A stretch of 62,979 nucleotides of DNA, counting the filler, from Basidiobolus ranarum (Eukaryota): assembly GCA_040143965.1 (NCBI GenBank). It is 6 parts of 6 records of this genome, joined end to end, with 100 filler letters (N's around TTAATTAATTAA, not from the genome) between each part and the next. Parts side by side here need not be neighbours in the genome. Positions count along the whole stretch, not along the records: positions 31,590 to 41,993 come from JASJQH010000708.1; positions 42,094 to 52,491 come from JASJQH010000709.1; positions 52,592 to 62,979 come from JASJQH010000710.1; 3 more parts are not named here. One strand, written 5' to 3'. Each line of letters opens with the position of its first letter. The stretch's first letter is position 1. The notes under the pieces were generated by a model that was not told the DNA's origin, did not search any database, and saw only the letters and a program-made list of their open reading frames with translations. Below, piece after piece: positions 40,557 through 55,500 of the stretch. A program made the position numbers and the translations under genes.

Positions 40557-41993
40557 CTTTTGTAAAATTGATTCTCACCTGTACCTTTTTCTTTTCTTTC
40601 TTGCATTGTATGCAGTAATCAAATTTCATTATTTTTTAACTGATAATTTTGATGTGATAATTCTTTGGCCCTTTGTCCATGTTGCATTTTTGCAATGCAT
40701 TGAAAGAATCTCATTAACGTAAGATAAGATATATATGTATGTAATAAGCCATCAATTACCCTGTTATACTTCACAAGATATTCAAGCTTCTTGACGTCTT
40801 GTCAGTTTTAAAGTGCGTCGCCATTACTTGCTGTTTGTTTCATAAAATAAACACTTTATTTCATCCTAAATATCCTATCTGATGTGCAGGTCAAACAGTC
40901 AAGGCAAATCGTTTTTATCACCAAGCTGAGGCAATGAAAATCACTGAGCGATGCTATACTGAAAATACATTTGTATTATCGATGCTTGAGGAAACTACAA
41001 TATTCCTTATCCAGATTCGGATGACTTTGTTCAAGTACATTTTAGGATAATTGTATATGCACATATGCACAACGGTAATCAGTAGTGATCCCATATATAC
41101 ACCAGCTGCTCCTCAGAACTACCATTTTGGTTGTCAGTGGCCTTTAACAATAATAATAAGGATAGATCTTACTTATTAGTTGATTCTTTACTCCTATCAT
41201 AAATAAAACATAAAAGTAACTGACTTGTTATTGCAATAACTCATGTAGTATGCGATCTTCATCACTCAACTTTCATCATATGCAAGCAGAATACATCCTT
41301 TCTTGTTAAGCCAAGTGGCCCGCTTGCATTGAATATTACTAAAGGATATGTCTATTGGTCTCGATTCATGGAAAATTAACAGATAAGATGCATATAACGA
41401 AAATGAGTCTACACTGCTGGTATTGACCTTTCACAGAACCCTAGCAAAACCGCATCCTACAAAGAACTAAATTCTTCGACAAACAGGAGCATTATCCTAG
41501 CCTTGGAAGCAATATTAATATCGAGTATCCGATATAAAGTTAAATCACATGAGTATTTGCACTTTGAGCACAGTCAAACTGTTTAGGATTTGCACCTTCT
41601 GGTTGCCATAGTAACTATTCATAATTATAAAAGTTGAACATTCATTTGTCTGTTATTATTAAATGTACATAGTTCATTTTGAAGCTCTCATACCTCTATA
41701 GGCACACATACAAGGGGTCAAGCGTTGGTGGCGGGAGAGTACAGAGTGAGTAAATAGTTGCACCGGGATCGTACTCTGTCAGTGCAAAACAAATTATTAT
41801 TACTGGATTGGCCTTAAAAAGACTCGAGTTTTATTTGCTCGATTACTCATGAGTAAATACGACGTAGCAACAGCCCAATTCAAAATTCTACCATTTGCAA
41901 GAAATTGAAATTTCCGAGTCACTCTTTAAATGCATTAAGTTTAACCTTCAAATATAATCGTATGATTTTCTTACGAAATAACTAGAACCCCCC

Positions 41994-42093
41994 NNNNNNN
42001 NNNNNNNNNNNNNNNNNNNNNNNNNNNNNNNNNNNNNTTAATTAATTAANNNNNNNNNNNNNNNNNNNNNNNNNNNNNNNNNNNNNNNNNNNN
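41994..42093. other. artificial contig linker
   Basis: 44N-TTAATTAATTAA-44N. Confidence 0.98.
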
Positions 42094-45000
42094 GCTCTCT
42101 CTTACGATCGTCAGTCAATGGTTTGGTGGTATTGGCATTATTTTCGGGCTCTACCTTTCTACGTTTGTTGGTCGAGTCCTCACGTTCATTGGCTTGTTCT
42201 TCTTTGGTATCTTTCAATACTTCCTTACGACGGTCACGGTTACCACGATCTCTACGATCCGAATCTCCGCGAGCTCCTAACCGATCTCGAATATTCTTAG
42301 AACGGTTATCTTCACTTGACACTACAGATCTAGCCTCGGATTGTGCTCGAGAGGATACTTCGGGTGTAGGATCCCTGCTAGCACGAACTCGTTCACGTTC
42401 ACGGTCACGACTGTTGCGAGAAGCTTCACGTGAATCCCGATTTTTATTATCACGAGAGACTCCAGATGGTCCTAAAAATTGACCTCGAGAGGCGTTATCA
42501 TTATTTCCCTTGCGTGCCTCTTTGTCATTTTCCCGCACTTCACGATTATCTTTGGCTTTGTTGTCAGGCTCATTGCGATTATTGCGTGAGGTAAGTGTAT
42601 TGGTGCGTCTGGTTTCATTATGGGATCTAGGGTTCTGGCGCTCATTGGATGTAGAATTGGCGGTGCCAGAGTTTTTGTCTCTCTTCTTACTGTCGTTGTC
42701 TTTGTTATTGCCAGAACTACGCGCACTATCACCTGATGTTCTATCAGCTCTTGAAGATTTCCTATCAGTACTACTTTTAATCCTTTAGCAATTTGTAAGA
42801 TACCTCGACATTATCCAATATATCTTACCTCTCACTAGAAGCGGTTTTGTCCTGTGGTGTGCCTTCATAAGATTTGGCATTCTGGCTTTCTTTTTTCTCT
42901 TCACCAGTACCACTAGCTTTCACTTCTGATGATTCAGTGGAGTTTCCTCCAGTGTTTTCTCTCTAAAAATATACATTCTAATGTAAGTCAACAGATCCGG
43001 TATTTTCAAGATAACACATATACTAACCGGTGGAACATAGTGGAATTGCTCATTAGATAACCAATTTGGCTTTCGTTTGCTCAATTTTGCTTGATAGCCA
43101 ATGGTCAGAATCTTTAGATCCTCTTTCTTCTCTGTTTCAACGATTTTGCCAACACTTTTTTCAACACTCAAACCAATCTTTCTGATGACAGGGAAGAATT
43201 CATCGATTTTGGTCAAGACCAGAATGGCATTACGTGTCTGCATATATTCATGAGATTCAAGGCAAGTGACAAAAGCCTAAATAAAATAATGTTAGCAGTT
43301 AATTGGATGACAATATATTTGCATAATTTACATACTCTATGTAGCTTGATATGCCACTTGTATACTACGTGGCGGTAATCTTCGTAGTCCAGCAAGTCTT
43401 CGTTAGGAACTTTTCCAGCAAGATATTGTCTTGGTCCAAGGCCCCATTTTTTCTGAAATCCCGGGAGACCATCACCTCTACCCTCCTACATACGTAAATT
43501 GCCTTGAGTAAAGTGAGATCGATGTGGTTTTGAATTTGGAAATACCTTGTCATAAAGAGTCTTTTCACCATGCCATGCAGAAATGATCGAAAGCGTTTCA
43601 CGAAGAAAGATGCCTAAGATAGAATAGGATTAGATATTGTCATAGGCATAAAAATACGATAACCATTACCATAGAAGTTTGCTTCTTTCTCCGTGCAAGA
43701 GAATATAGCACATGCTATATCGCTCAAAATACGATCGTATAAGGTCAAGCTAGAGAAGTTAGCCGTACCAATGCTGTGCATGAGTTTAATAAACTTAGCT
43801 GCAAACATGGCATCATTGGCTGAGAACAAACAGCGAGGGTGGACGCAGTATTGAATCAATTGGGTTATGATATCATATCGGTTAGAGCAACCGATAAACC
43901 AAAAGTCTTTCTCTACACGTAAACGAGCCATGGTCTTTTCATAGTTTGCAATCTGAGCACCAAGCTCGCGATCCAACTTGTCAATAATAAATTGAGCCTT
44001 TTCCTTCTCCTTTTTCTTACGATTCATAGATGTTGAGCTAAGATCATTACGATCATTATCAAGAGCATGGATAATTTGGCGTTGCTTGGCAATTTCTGCT
44101 TTGTACCTGTCTTTAGGAATATGTATATCATACAGGCTCAATTGCCAGAAAGTCACATAGAACTGAGGGCTGATTCCTTTCCAAGCGGCAACGGGCAAGA
44201 TTTCTGTCACATCCGAAATGATGTTAGAAAGACCTTTTTGCCATACTCCAGTACTTCTATCTTGAGGCCCTATAAAGTCTCTTTCTACCACAGGCTCAGA
44301 GGATTTGGCTTCATCCGCGTTTACCTCAGAGTTCGGTACGGTACTGTCGATTTGCATCGCAGCGCTAGTGTCTTGATTGACGATAGATGAAGTGTCATGG
44401 AGGGGAGCAAGTGGAACTGGGATTGTCTCTTGCAATGAAAGTTGGTAGCTCAACTTTGGGCGAATGATATGGAAAGCGACGTCTGGCTCAACCTTACACG
44501 TTAGACAGAGTTCGATCATAGAAGGAATTAACTTGGAATAAGTTATTTTGTCAAGGTTTGTCGCTAGCAATTCGATATACTGCATCAAAACCTCTTGACA
44601 TTCGTCAAACAGATTTCCCAATAATTTAAGATGGTCAATGGAATTAGAACCGTATACACAAGTTTCTCTTTGCTGAGAAATCAAGACTGCGAGTGGCGTA
44701 GCAAGATTTGATTCCACCAATCCTCTTGTAAGGCGACTTGAGGATTTCTTTGTACTTTTAACATTATTCAAAACGGAAAAAGCCTCGCTTTTCAAGGTTT
44801 CTCCTCCAGCCATAGCAGCTAGTTGAGCATCACTAGCACTGCCATACCCTTCAATTCCAGCCATTTTGATGATTAATTCCTTGAGAACAATCAAATCGAA
44901 AGAATTATCATTTTTCAGCTGATTGGCTACATACTGCAGAATTCCAGTCAAGTCCATGAGCGAATATTTACGGAATACAGTTCCGCAAAAAGCAGCAAGA

Positions 45001-48000
45001 CCTACAACGTACCAGTTAGACAGATTCAAAATCACGGATTTAACATTTACCAACCTTGTAGCCAATGAGCTATACTAGTGCCATCATTCTTTAGTCGTGG
45101 CTTCATAGGATTAGACAATGATTCGAGCATAATGTCTAAAGCAAAGTTATATTAGTGCCATCACACCGCGACATGAGAAAGCAAACCATATACATACATG
45201 TAAGTACATCATAGCCAAACGGAGTCAAATACTTGCAAGCATCAACCACAGGAACAACCAAATTATCGTAAGCTTGGATTTGATCAAGAACAGTTGTAAA
45301 GACTATGGTAGGATTCGAGTGTGATACTTTAGCTAGCATACGCCCATATTGCTTGACATTCTCTTTTGAAATACGTCTGTTGAAGGATGAATATTAGAAA
45401 TGTAATGTAATGAACACAGGTTTCATTTTTACCTCATTATAGATTTAGTATCTTTAACCGTCTTGCTCTTGGCGACTTTGAGCTCTGGGAAATTTTTATA
45501 AGAATCGACCTTCCACTCGCCATACAATCCATATCTAGAAAAAAATGAATACGAATGCAACACTTATGTTCCAGTTATAAAAACACTAACCTAACAGGAT
45601 AAGGCAGATGCTTCAATACGCTCCAAACTTCGTTAACCATTCCTTCAATTACAATTGTTAATATCGCTTGATAGTGAAAGCTGATTCTTGTTTCAGAATG
45701 TACCTGGGTTAGCATTAATCAAGGAAATTGTCGGAAGGAAATAGACACGGATCATATCAATCCAAGTTTTTTTCAATTTGCTGTTAGCCGATAGCTCCTT
45801 CATCACAGCTTTTCCAAGCCTACACAGCTTTCCGACTAAAATCAGATCGCGAGAAATCCGAACACCAGTAAACTTCAGTAGAGAGTTTAAGGTTTTGTGG
45901 ACTTCATCCAGCCTGACACAACGCAAGATGTTTGCACTCCATTGAGGGTAATAGAACTCATATGTGGTATGTCTCGTATTAGCAGGTAACTTGGTCGATA
46001 TCAAAGGAATTTTGATTGGGTTTACTGGTCTATCGTTTCCAGAGCTAGAATGACGATATTTAGGACGAAATTTAAGAGCTATAGGATGAGTTAGTCGTCT
46101 ATTCGGGCTGTACATTCGGTACACGTCTTCAATCATAACATGCATGATTCGACATAAGTTATCAGCAACATCAGGTTGTGTGGCACTCATATTCGGAAAT
46201 TTGTATAAGAAAAATGAGGCGTGCTGTAAATCTCCAATAGCAAGTAATGCAGCTGTGAGCCCAGCTTTATGATTGGGAAGTGGGCGTGGAAGTGCTGTAG
46301 GCTGTTTTTTCTTAATTACTAAAAAGTTTCACAACGATTGAAGATAAAAATACTAACTTCTGGTATCTCAGCATCATTTGCACCATAGGTAGCGTTACTA
46401 CTTCCATCACCAACATCTTCATCCACCAATGCTGCCATCATCTATGAACAATTAAACTAAATACAATTTCTTTCTCAAGGTTATTAACAAAAATCATACT
46501 GTAAGTGCGTTAGACCCAGTACTAAAAGCTTGATCGTCCATCTTGTCTTTAAACTTCTTGTATTCCTCTTCAACTTCCTTATCATTCGGTGATAACTTAA
46601 AAACCATTGGGTTAGAAACGTATTTTAAATACCATTTGACTATAAAATAACCATCTTACGTGAGGGTAGATGTCGCTTAAATCAACAAAACCTTCCTTAA
46701 TAAGCAATGCAGTAACAGCGTATAATTCTTCTGGGGTTTCTTCTTCAACATCAGGATTCTAAAAATATATTAAACTAAATTAATATTTAAAGTAAAGAAA
46801 TATCCATTAAATCATCTCTATTACCGAGTAGTAGCTGTATTTAAAGCCTAATATTTGCCCACAAACTTTGCTTCCTACTTCTCCAGAACCAAGCATTGAA
46901 TCCACAGGTATATCATCAACGTCCGATTTAATAATGGGCTGAGACGCCCGTGGTGCCCAGGATGAATTTTTCAAAAGTGCGAGAAAGAAACGATAATGTT
47001 TAGCGACGTTAGTGATAAAAACCTCCAGTATGACATCAAGAACTCTGTTGGGATCAAGATCAAAATAACCTAAGAGAAATAAAAAATGAGCAAAAAAGCA
47101 TAAAATCGATTCGTTACTCTAGTCCATACCGATCAAAGTCATAACATTTTGTAAGACTTCGTTTACACGGGCTTGTATGGCCGGCTCTTCTTGGTTATCA
47201 AAAGAAGAGTCAGTATTGGATGTTAGCTCAGTAATCAACTTGGCGTATCCCTCAGACTCTTCACGCAATAAATTGAATTTTTGTTGCTTATATCTAGAAT
47301 GTTGCAAGGGGTGAGTTAAATAAGCTCGGATGCTTCAAGCGTAAAATTCTTGAATGACATACAATAACGATGTGTTGATTCGGATAGCTTTCTTATTGAA
47401 CATTCTAAATGAGGCAATAAGGCCAATAGTCTCCAAAAACTGCATTTCTAAGCGTTCCTTCATCATAACAGTGGATATAAAATCTTTGTTCTAGTAATTA
47501 ATTACTGATTTAGTGAAAATAAACGAGTCTCATATAATATAGAAATATATTACCAGTACGGCTTTAGTAACTTCAACTAGTCGCTGTCGTTCGACTTTAA
47601 ATTCAGGCTCTTCTGTCTCCATGTCCAACAACCATATGGTATCGATAATAGACGCACCAACGTCCTGCTTCGAACCGTATTCTTGGTGTATGTCTTGTAG
47701 AAAAGATACCACTTCCGGAGCGGTCAGTTGGTTGAATTTGACAAATTTGTACAGACTTTCGTGGATCGCACGTGACAAAGGGGCAACAGTTTCATCGGGG
47801 GCGGATTGGTTAAGCAGTTCGTGAACTTTTTGTAATCTTCATTCATTGAAAAAGCCGACAGGGTGTTAGAAAGGACTCATATTGTTTTTTAATTGTCTCA
47901 TACGAATCGCGAGTTTCTTAGTAGCGATCTCGAATCCGTGTTGGAATTGGTAAATGTATTAAACTTACGCCTGTGATTTTCCTGTTACCTCCCAAGTGGC

Positions 48001-48039
48001 GACCAGATCGTTCGTGATAATGGAAGTAGGGAACACCAT
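42094..48039 (-). CDS. THO2: THO complex subunit 2, many exons, 3' end truncated
   Basis: [91 protein letters not shown] and an R/D/S-rich charged tail. ATG at 48039. Confidence 0.95.
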
Positions 48040-49549
48040 GATAGCACAGGTTGTAATCAAAACCTATGTTTTACTTTGAAAATGTAAAAGTTGAAACTTC
48101 CTAAAAAAAACTATATAGGTTCAAAGAGTGAAGAACTGAAGTGGAAACGGCTACGATAAATCAAAAACCGTCAGGGGTTTGGGAGTTAATCATCATTATT
48201 TTCCTCATGTTACCGCCTATATCACGTGATAGTCAACCTTAACAGGTAGCATATAAGCAGAATCGTTATCATGTTAAATTAAAGATATTTTGGTACGCAA
48301 TCTCAGTTGAAAATATCGAATACTACCCAGGTATTTTGAGTTAAAAAAATTGCATCTGATTTACCCTAAATGCTCATCAAAATTGAAAAATGTTCTTTTC
48401 ATATATTTTTCGACAAGTCCTTGTGAGAGCGAAAGTTGCCTTTAAGAAGCTGTATTGATTATTGCTGGCAATAATTGAAGGGAACTCTTAAAATCGGCTT
48501 ATTACTCTTTACGAAACATAGGAACGATTTTTAATGTCTTTCCAGATGAACACTATGCACAGACCCTACTTTACGCATTTAGTTTATTCAGACTGGAGTG
48601 TTAAATCAATTTGGTAGAGCTATAATGGGGGGAGGCTTATTTTTGGTTATTAGTGCTCATAGTTGCATAAGAATTAGATTCCTCGGAAGAAATGTCCCTG
48701 TTGGCCAACATCTGTGAACATAAAAAATTAGAAAAGCTGAATGAAGGAGTTCGAACTAGTTTGGTACCTTTGATATGAAATGGAGAAAGAAAAGATAGGA
48801 TAACAGGAAATGATATCGTTGCAACTGGATATACCCTAACGATTAAAAAAGTATATGTTTTATTAAGTAACCCGTTTTGCCGAATATATCTCGGAGACTA
48901 AGTATGATAGCGTCAAGAATCAGTCAGATCGCAGAGTCCCGGTCTCGTACGAACTATCTATCAATATGGATGGTTCATCTAAATGTACAGTTGAAGAGTC
49001 AAGTGTTTCATTTTGATTATCATGGTTGTTAGCCATGGGTGCGCTTCCTATCTTCATTCAAGAAAATTAATCGATTAAGCATTCCAAACTGGAGACTGCA
49101 AAAACCTGGCAGAAAGCAATAAACTAACCCCAATGCTCTTATAACCAACTGACACCATTTTGCTTGGTGAAAGGCTTCTCTTTGTATCTGGTTAATTACT
49201 TGATTAGCGAGTTTGGGGAATAATACTAATTGAGAGTAGCGATTTGCTATAAATGATTGATTCTCTTCATGGCCCAATTAAAAGGGTCGGCCAGTTCACT
49301 GGATATTTACTTTTGTAAGATATCATATCGAAACCGTCATTTGTCTATTTACAAAGATTGAGAATTACATCACTGAGTCATAATAGCCTACCCTCGCTAA
49401 TATGGAGTGGTACATCAGACACATTGTACCTATTTTTACCAAACTCCACCTGAAACCAGATGATCTGATTTCTTTTTCCCGTGCATCGTATAAAGTCGCT
49501 TCCTTGAGTGGATAGTCCTTTATTCTCTAAGAGCTTACACTCTATTTTG

Positions 49550-50900
49550 ATGACATCTTCCACGGGAGAACCTCTGGCTTCACAGCCCTTGCTCCCCAAA
49601 GCCTCTAACCCTGACCTAAATAGTACTAGAGTTAGCAGATTGACTTCCACCTTAAAAAAGCAATGGTTTTTAATCTCTTTGATGTCTGGAATCATATTTG
49701 CATATTTATATCCTAGTCTGGGTAGAAAGGGGGGCCCTTTGAAAACAGGTATTCTTACTCTCATAATTGTAAACTGGCGATTTTACTAATCTTTTTTCAG
49801 AGTACACTGTTAAATATGGTGTCGTCTCTTTAATATTCTTGTTGAGTGGCCTTTCTATGAAAACCAGAGTTCTGGCACGTACCATTATGATGTGGCGACT
49901 TCACTCAGGTGCGGATTGCTTTTTACGAACCCATGTATTATGTATGGTTCATCAACTCACTTTTCTTCAGTTGTCCAATTCATTTCGCTTTGTCTTATTC
50001 CTTTCTTCGTGTATGGCGTCTCCAAGTTGCTAAACTTGACTCCCATTAACAAGTATCTGTTGGCCGGGTATGTCTAGTTGCTGTGATTTTAGTATGAGGC
50101 GATTATTCAATTTTGAATTTTATTCTAGTCTCATTGTTATGTCGTCCACTCCGACCACGATCTCTTCAAACGTTGTTATGACCAAAGCTGCTCTTGGGAA
50201 TGAATCAGCAGCTTTGACAAATGCAACCCTTGGCAATGTACTGGGTGTATTTATCTCGCCATTGTTGTTCTATGGATTAATTAGTGAGTCCCTTGTTCCG
50301 CATTCAGGCTCAGACACTTCTGTTGGATTATTGAGAGTATTCATAGAGCTTGGAATAACTGTAATACTCCCTGTCATCATTGGGCAAATTATCCAATTCA
50401 TTGCACCGAATAAGGTTGCTTTTCTACAAACCAAGGTCAACTTTTCAACTCTCAATAGTCTCAGTTTGAGTACTTTGATCTGGAGTGTATTTTGTGATAC
50501 TTTCTCCAACCAAGAACTTCAAATTGGAGTGGGTTCTTTGCTTTCTATTATCGCACTCGACGCAATGTTCTTTGCAATCTTCAACAGTTTCTCCTTCTTT
50601 GTGTCAAGGATTCCCGCTTTCGGGTTTTCACGCCCAGACACTGTCGCTATTATGATGTGCGCTGGAACTAAAACAGTACGTAAAGGGTTTAGTTGGACGA
50701 TATATAATGACATGTTTTGAGCTAATTTATTGTTGCAGGTTAGTTTAGGCATTCCCTTGTTGAACCTTCTATTTGAAGGCAATCCTAATATTGGAGTTAT
50801 GACCATCCCACTGTTGGTGTATCATGCAGAACAGTTGATATTCGGAGCTATTCTTATTGATTACCTTAAAAGTTGGGTAGAATCGGATCCTGAGCTTTAA
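49550..50900 (+). CDS. RCH1: SBF-like sodium/bile-acid cotransporter family protein (SLC10A7/Rch1), multi-exon
   Basis: QWFLI, GRKGGPLK, YGVVSLIFLLSGLS, PTTISSNVVMTKAALGN, LGNVLGVFISPLL, MCAGTKT|VSLGIPL, PLLVYHAEQL. GT-AG introns. Confidence 0.9.
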
Positions 50901-51526
50901 CCAGATCCATTCTCTAGTTGTACTTTGCCACAATCTTTAAATCTTCGGTGCATGAAGCCTTGATAATAAATCTATATACGAACAGTGCTTGCTACTAGAT
51001 ATGAAGAAAACGTATGGGTTTCTTTAGATTGGGGCAATGAGCCCATATGGCCCAAGTAGTTTGACCAATATTGCTCAAGCTCAAAATCGCGTGTCAAACT
51101 GTAGTCTTAAGGCAACATGGGGTAATTCACGGATAATTTACAACAGTCTTCGGGTCTATTCGTTTAGGCAAATGAGTCATGATGCTGGTGAATACACAAG
51201 TCTACCGTGTTATTCTAAAAATAGTTGGGGACAAGCGGTTCGCTGATCATCTGCAACATCACGATTTATTCCGGTTACTTTGATTTTCATTTGAAAATAT
51301 ATACCTTTATTTACTTCTGAAGAGTACGCATGTGTTGCACAAGTTTAGTGGGTGGAACTAGGAGGAAATCATTGGTATTTGGTTTCATATAGAAGGGTGA
51401 GAAAAGTGTAAGAATAAACATCACTTTGAACTCGAGGCAAGAAAGTTTGCATTGCATGAATTTGTCAATGTAGGTTTAGGTGAGTAATAATAGATATGCC
51501 TCCACGTTCGGTTTCCTTTCGAAGTT

Positions 51527-52200
51527 TCAGCGATTGGAGAGAACGAGTTCTAAGAACTAATAGCCCAACATATTAGTCACCATCATTGTACTTTAGAAAG
51601 ATATGCCCGACTACAATCGTACCTGTTCATAGTTAATAAGTATCCAACCATCACTATCGGTGTCAAAGCGACGGAATGATTCAGTCAGTGAGCGGATGGT
51701 AACACAAATCTGTATAAAATTGTCAAACGATAGATCTCCTCTACCTATATTTTCACCAGCAGGTTTAAATTTACGTCCTTGATATAGAGCTAATGAATAT
51801 AGGAGAACAGATACCTCTGCCATCATATTTACGAATTAATAGGCTGATGAACTGTGGAGTAAGATTGTAGCCAAAAGCTCTCAAAGCCTCTTGTAGTTCT
51901 TGAGCATCAATATACCCACTATGATCTTTATCAAAGCCTAGAAAGCATCTTTGCCAATCTTCAATGTACCGCCATAATCCTGCAAATTCTTGGTAGTTGA
52001 TAGTGCCATTGTGGTCACGGTCAAACAAGTTTATCATCAACCGGACAGTTTCAATGTTGAATGGGGTCCAGTTGCCTAAACGTACGATGAAAAGGTTAGA
52101 TCGCATAAGAAGGTAGCTATATACAAGAAATGTGGAGTATTCAGTACCATTTGTCAAAGCCATTTGAAGCTCATCAGCAGTAATATCGCCTGATTTGTCC
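51527..52200 (-). CDS. PEF1: penta-EF-hand calcium-binding protein (peflin/ALG-2); 5' exons not found on this contig
   Basis: DKSGDITADELQMAL, NWTPFNIETVRLMINLFDRDHNGTI, FDKDHSGYID..AFGY, FDNFIQIC..FRRFDTDSDGWI.I.YEQ|FLELVL. Confidence 0.9.
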
Positions 52201-52491
52201 CTATATATCATAAGAGGGTAAGTAAAGTCCACCAAATAGAAATATTGCCAAAAATATTTCTTCAAGTGATTGTACACGCGTGCATTTGGTGGGCCTCAAT
52301 CAAAGTTAGGCAAAGTAGTCAAAATCTTGATTAATTCTCAATACATGCATACTCAAAGATATCCATTGAGAGCTCTAGACTTAAGACACTATGAATAAAG
52401 CTTTCATTATCTTTTGAATGTGTAATAATGTCTAAAAGTACTTTTCTTAAACATACCACATGAGTAAAATACACTGTTTCCAAAATGGTAA

Positions 52492-52591
52492 NNNNNNNNN
52501 NNNNNNNNNNNNNNNNNNNNNNNNNNNNNNNNNNNTTAATTAATTAANNNNNNNNNNNNNNNNNNNNNNNNNNNNNNNNNNNNNNNNNNNN
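52492..52591. other. artificial contig linker
   Basis: 44N-TTAATTAATTAA-44N. Confidence 0.98.
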
Positions 52592-52593
52592 AT

Positions 52594-55500
52594 CCTGCCT
52601 TTTTCTTTGCACTCAAAGAAGAAATTCCTGATATCTCCAAGGTGAATATCTTGACGAAGACTGGAAGCAGTATCAATGAACTCACTCAATATCGTTACCA
52701 AGTTATCATTCAAGTCGGCACAAATGATGAGAGTGAAGCCATTGAAGATTGGGTTGACTATCAAGAATCATGTCTGACTGTTGACGACATCAAGAACAAT
52801 CTTCTTCAAGGAGATATTGAATATTATGCTGTTGAAAATGTCCCTAATCTGAGGTTAACGAATGAGGTAGCTCTCACCAAGATATTGAAGTCAGAGAAAT
52901 ACCAAGAGTTGACCGTTGAAAGTGTAAGAGAGCTAATGTATAACGCGAAGTCTACTGGCGTTCATGTTGATGATCTGTATACCATTGGTGAAGACACTGG
53001 TTTCAATGTTAGTGTCAGCTGGAATCGTCAACAGAACGATGGATGCTTTGATGTCGTATATACCAAAGCACGTCAAGTATCATCGAAGTACCACTTTAAA
53101 CAACCCGGTTACAGCCTGTGGAACTGGAAATCATATGGAAACAATCCTATGATTGGAGTGGTGAATCAGTTGTTTATTCCATCTCTGCGTGACAAACTCT
53201 CGACGACACTACCAAAATTCATGATCCCAAGTTCAGTTGTAGTCTTAGATTCTCTGCCACTCACATCAAATGGCAAAATCAATCGTCGAGCATTGCCAAC
53301 TCCAATTTCCTATCATTCTGAAGATGATAAGAATTTTGTTGCACCGAAGACTGATCATGAGAAGACCTTGACGAATATCTTTTCCGAGGTACTTGGTATT
53401 GAAAAAATTAGTATTCATGGAAACTTCTTTGATTTAGGAGGTCACTCGTTGTCGGCCACTAAAGTAATGTCGCGTATCCGTGTTGCACTTGGTCAAGAAG
53501 TACCTTTGAAGATGCTCTTCGAAGCTCCTACAGTATCGTCCCTGAGTGAAAGACTCAAAAATTATCACGGTATCACTAGCAGCGTTCATAGTATCATTCC
53601 GGTGATGAAACAGTTGACGGAGAGAAATCAATTGCCATTATCGTTTGCTCAGGAGAGACTCTGGTTTATGAATGAGTTAATCCCAAATAGTCATTTCTAC
53701 AATATGCCCCTTTCGTTGCTCATCTCTGGTGATTTGAATGTTGATGCCTTAAAGCAATCCATCCTGGATGTCATTTGGCGACATGAAACTCTGCGAACAA
53801 TATTTGTGCTTTCTGGGAGTGAACCAGTTCAAGTAATCAAATCAACTGCATTCTTCTCATTATCATTCATCGATCATAACGAGGACTGTTGTGATTTGGA
53901 TATGGCGAAATTAGTGGTTGTTGAAGAGTTCAGAAAACCATTTGATTTGGCAGAAGGCCCGTTAATCAGAGTGAAACTGTTACCACTACAATCTGGCGAA
54001 TATGTACTTTGCATTGTGCTTCATCATATCATCTCAGATGGATGGTCTATCACTGTTCTACAAAAAGAGTTGGCTAGCTTGTACGAATCAAATACTCAAG
54101 GGACTCCATCGTCGTTACCGAAACTGGTTATTCAGTATGCTGACTTTGCTGTTTGGCAGCGCGAGTGGTTGCAGGGCGAGATTCTTGAAAAGCAACTACA
54201 ATATTGGAAACAACAGTTAGACGGAATTATCCCCCTGAACTTGCCCATTGATTTTGTAAGGCCATCAGTTCTCAGCTATAACGCCAAGATCGAAGTGCTA
54301 CATTTAGATCCATCATTCACCCAACGTTTAAAGGAACTAAGTAAGATGGAATCTTCCACACTGTTCATGACCCTCCTGACGGCCTTTGAAGTTCTCCTCA
54401 TGAAGTACACGGGCCAGGAGGACATTGCTGTTGGCTCTCCAATAGCAAATCGTAACCGCAAAGAAATTGAAGGGTTGATTGGTTTCTTTGTCAACACCCA
54501 AGTGATTCGAGTTCAAATGGATCATGAGATCACCTTTAGTGAGCTTCTTGGCCGCGTCAAGGATGTTACATTGGGTGCTTATAGTCACCAAGACATCCCA
54601 TTTGAAAAAATTGTAGCTGAACTTCAACCGGAACGTGACATTAATAGAAATCCTGTAGTTCAAGTGATGTTTGCTTTGCAAGATGCTACGATCGATGACT
54701 TCAAGTTGGGAGAAATTAGTGTTAAACCTGTTGACACCGGAGAGATTACTACTAGATTTGATCTTGAGGTACATTTCTGGAAACATGATGACGGTCTGAA
54801 AGCCGATTTCATTTACAGCACCGATTTGTTCAGCTCAGACACGATATTCAGAATGATTTCGGATTTGCAGAAAATATTGAACGCTGCTGTTGACAATCCT
54901 TACCAGGCCATAGGGACCTTGCAACTTGTAGATCATCCAGAACGGGAGAATCTACTGGTGACAATGAACATGACTGGAACTGACTATCCACGCGATCAAT
55001 CAATTGTTGACATTTTTGAGCAGCAAGTTCGCAATACACCAGATGCGATCGGTGTAATCCATAATGATGAACAGCTCACTTACCGAGAGCTGCACCTAAT
55101 GTCAAATAAGCTAGCTTCTTACCTTATTACTTTCGGCGTCAATCTGGAGTCTTCCGTTGCTATATGCATGGAGCGCTCAACCCTAATGATAGTAGCTCTC
55201 CTAGCTGTACTCAAAGCTGGCGGTGCATATGTTCCGTTGGACTCTCAGTACCCCACCGATAGGTTGCGATTCATTCTCGACGATACAAAGTCCGATATTG
55301 TAATATGTCAAAAATCAACTTTTTTGACCATACCAGCAGGAGATTATAACATCATAAGTTTAGATGAGAATATCGCGTCTATCATGGAATTGTCGGAAGA
55401 ATTGGTTTGCAGGCGCCCATCATCTTCGAATCTAGCTTACACCATATATACTTCTGGCTCTACTGGAATTCCTAAAGGGGTACTTGTGGAGCATCGCTCT

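Noticed and set aside
41730-41993. Short palindromes (TTACTCATGAGTAA, AGAGTAC/GTACTCT) near the contig end
   Set aside because: Too short to distinguish from chance; no TIR partner or RNA-gene signature.
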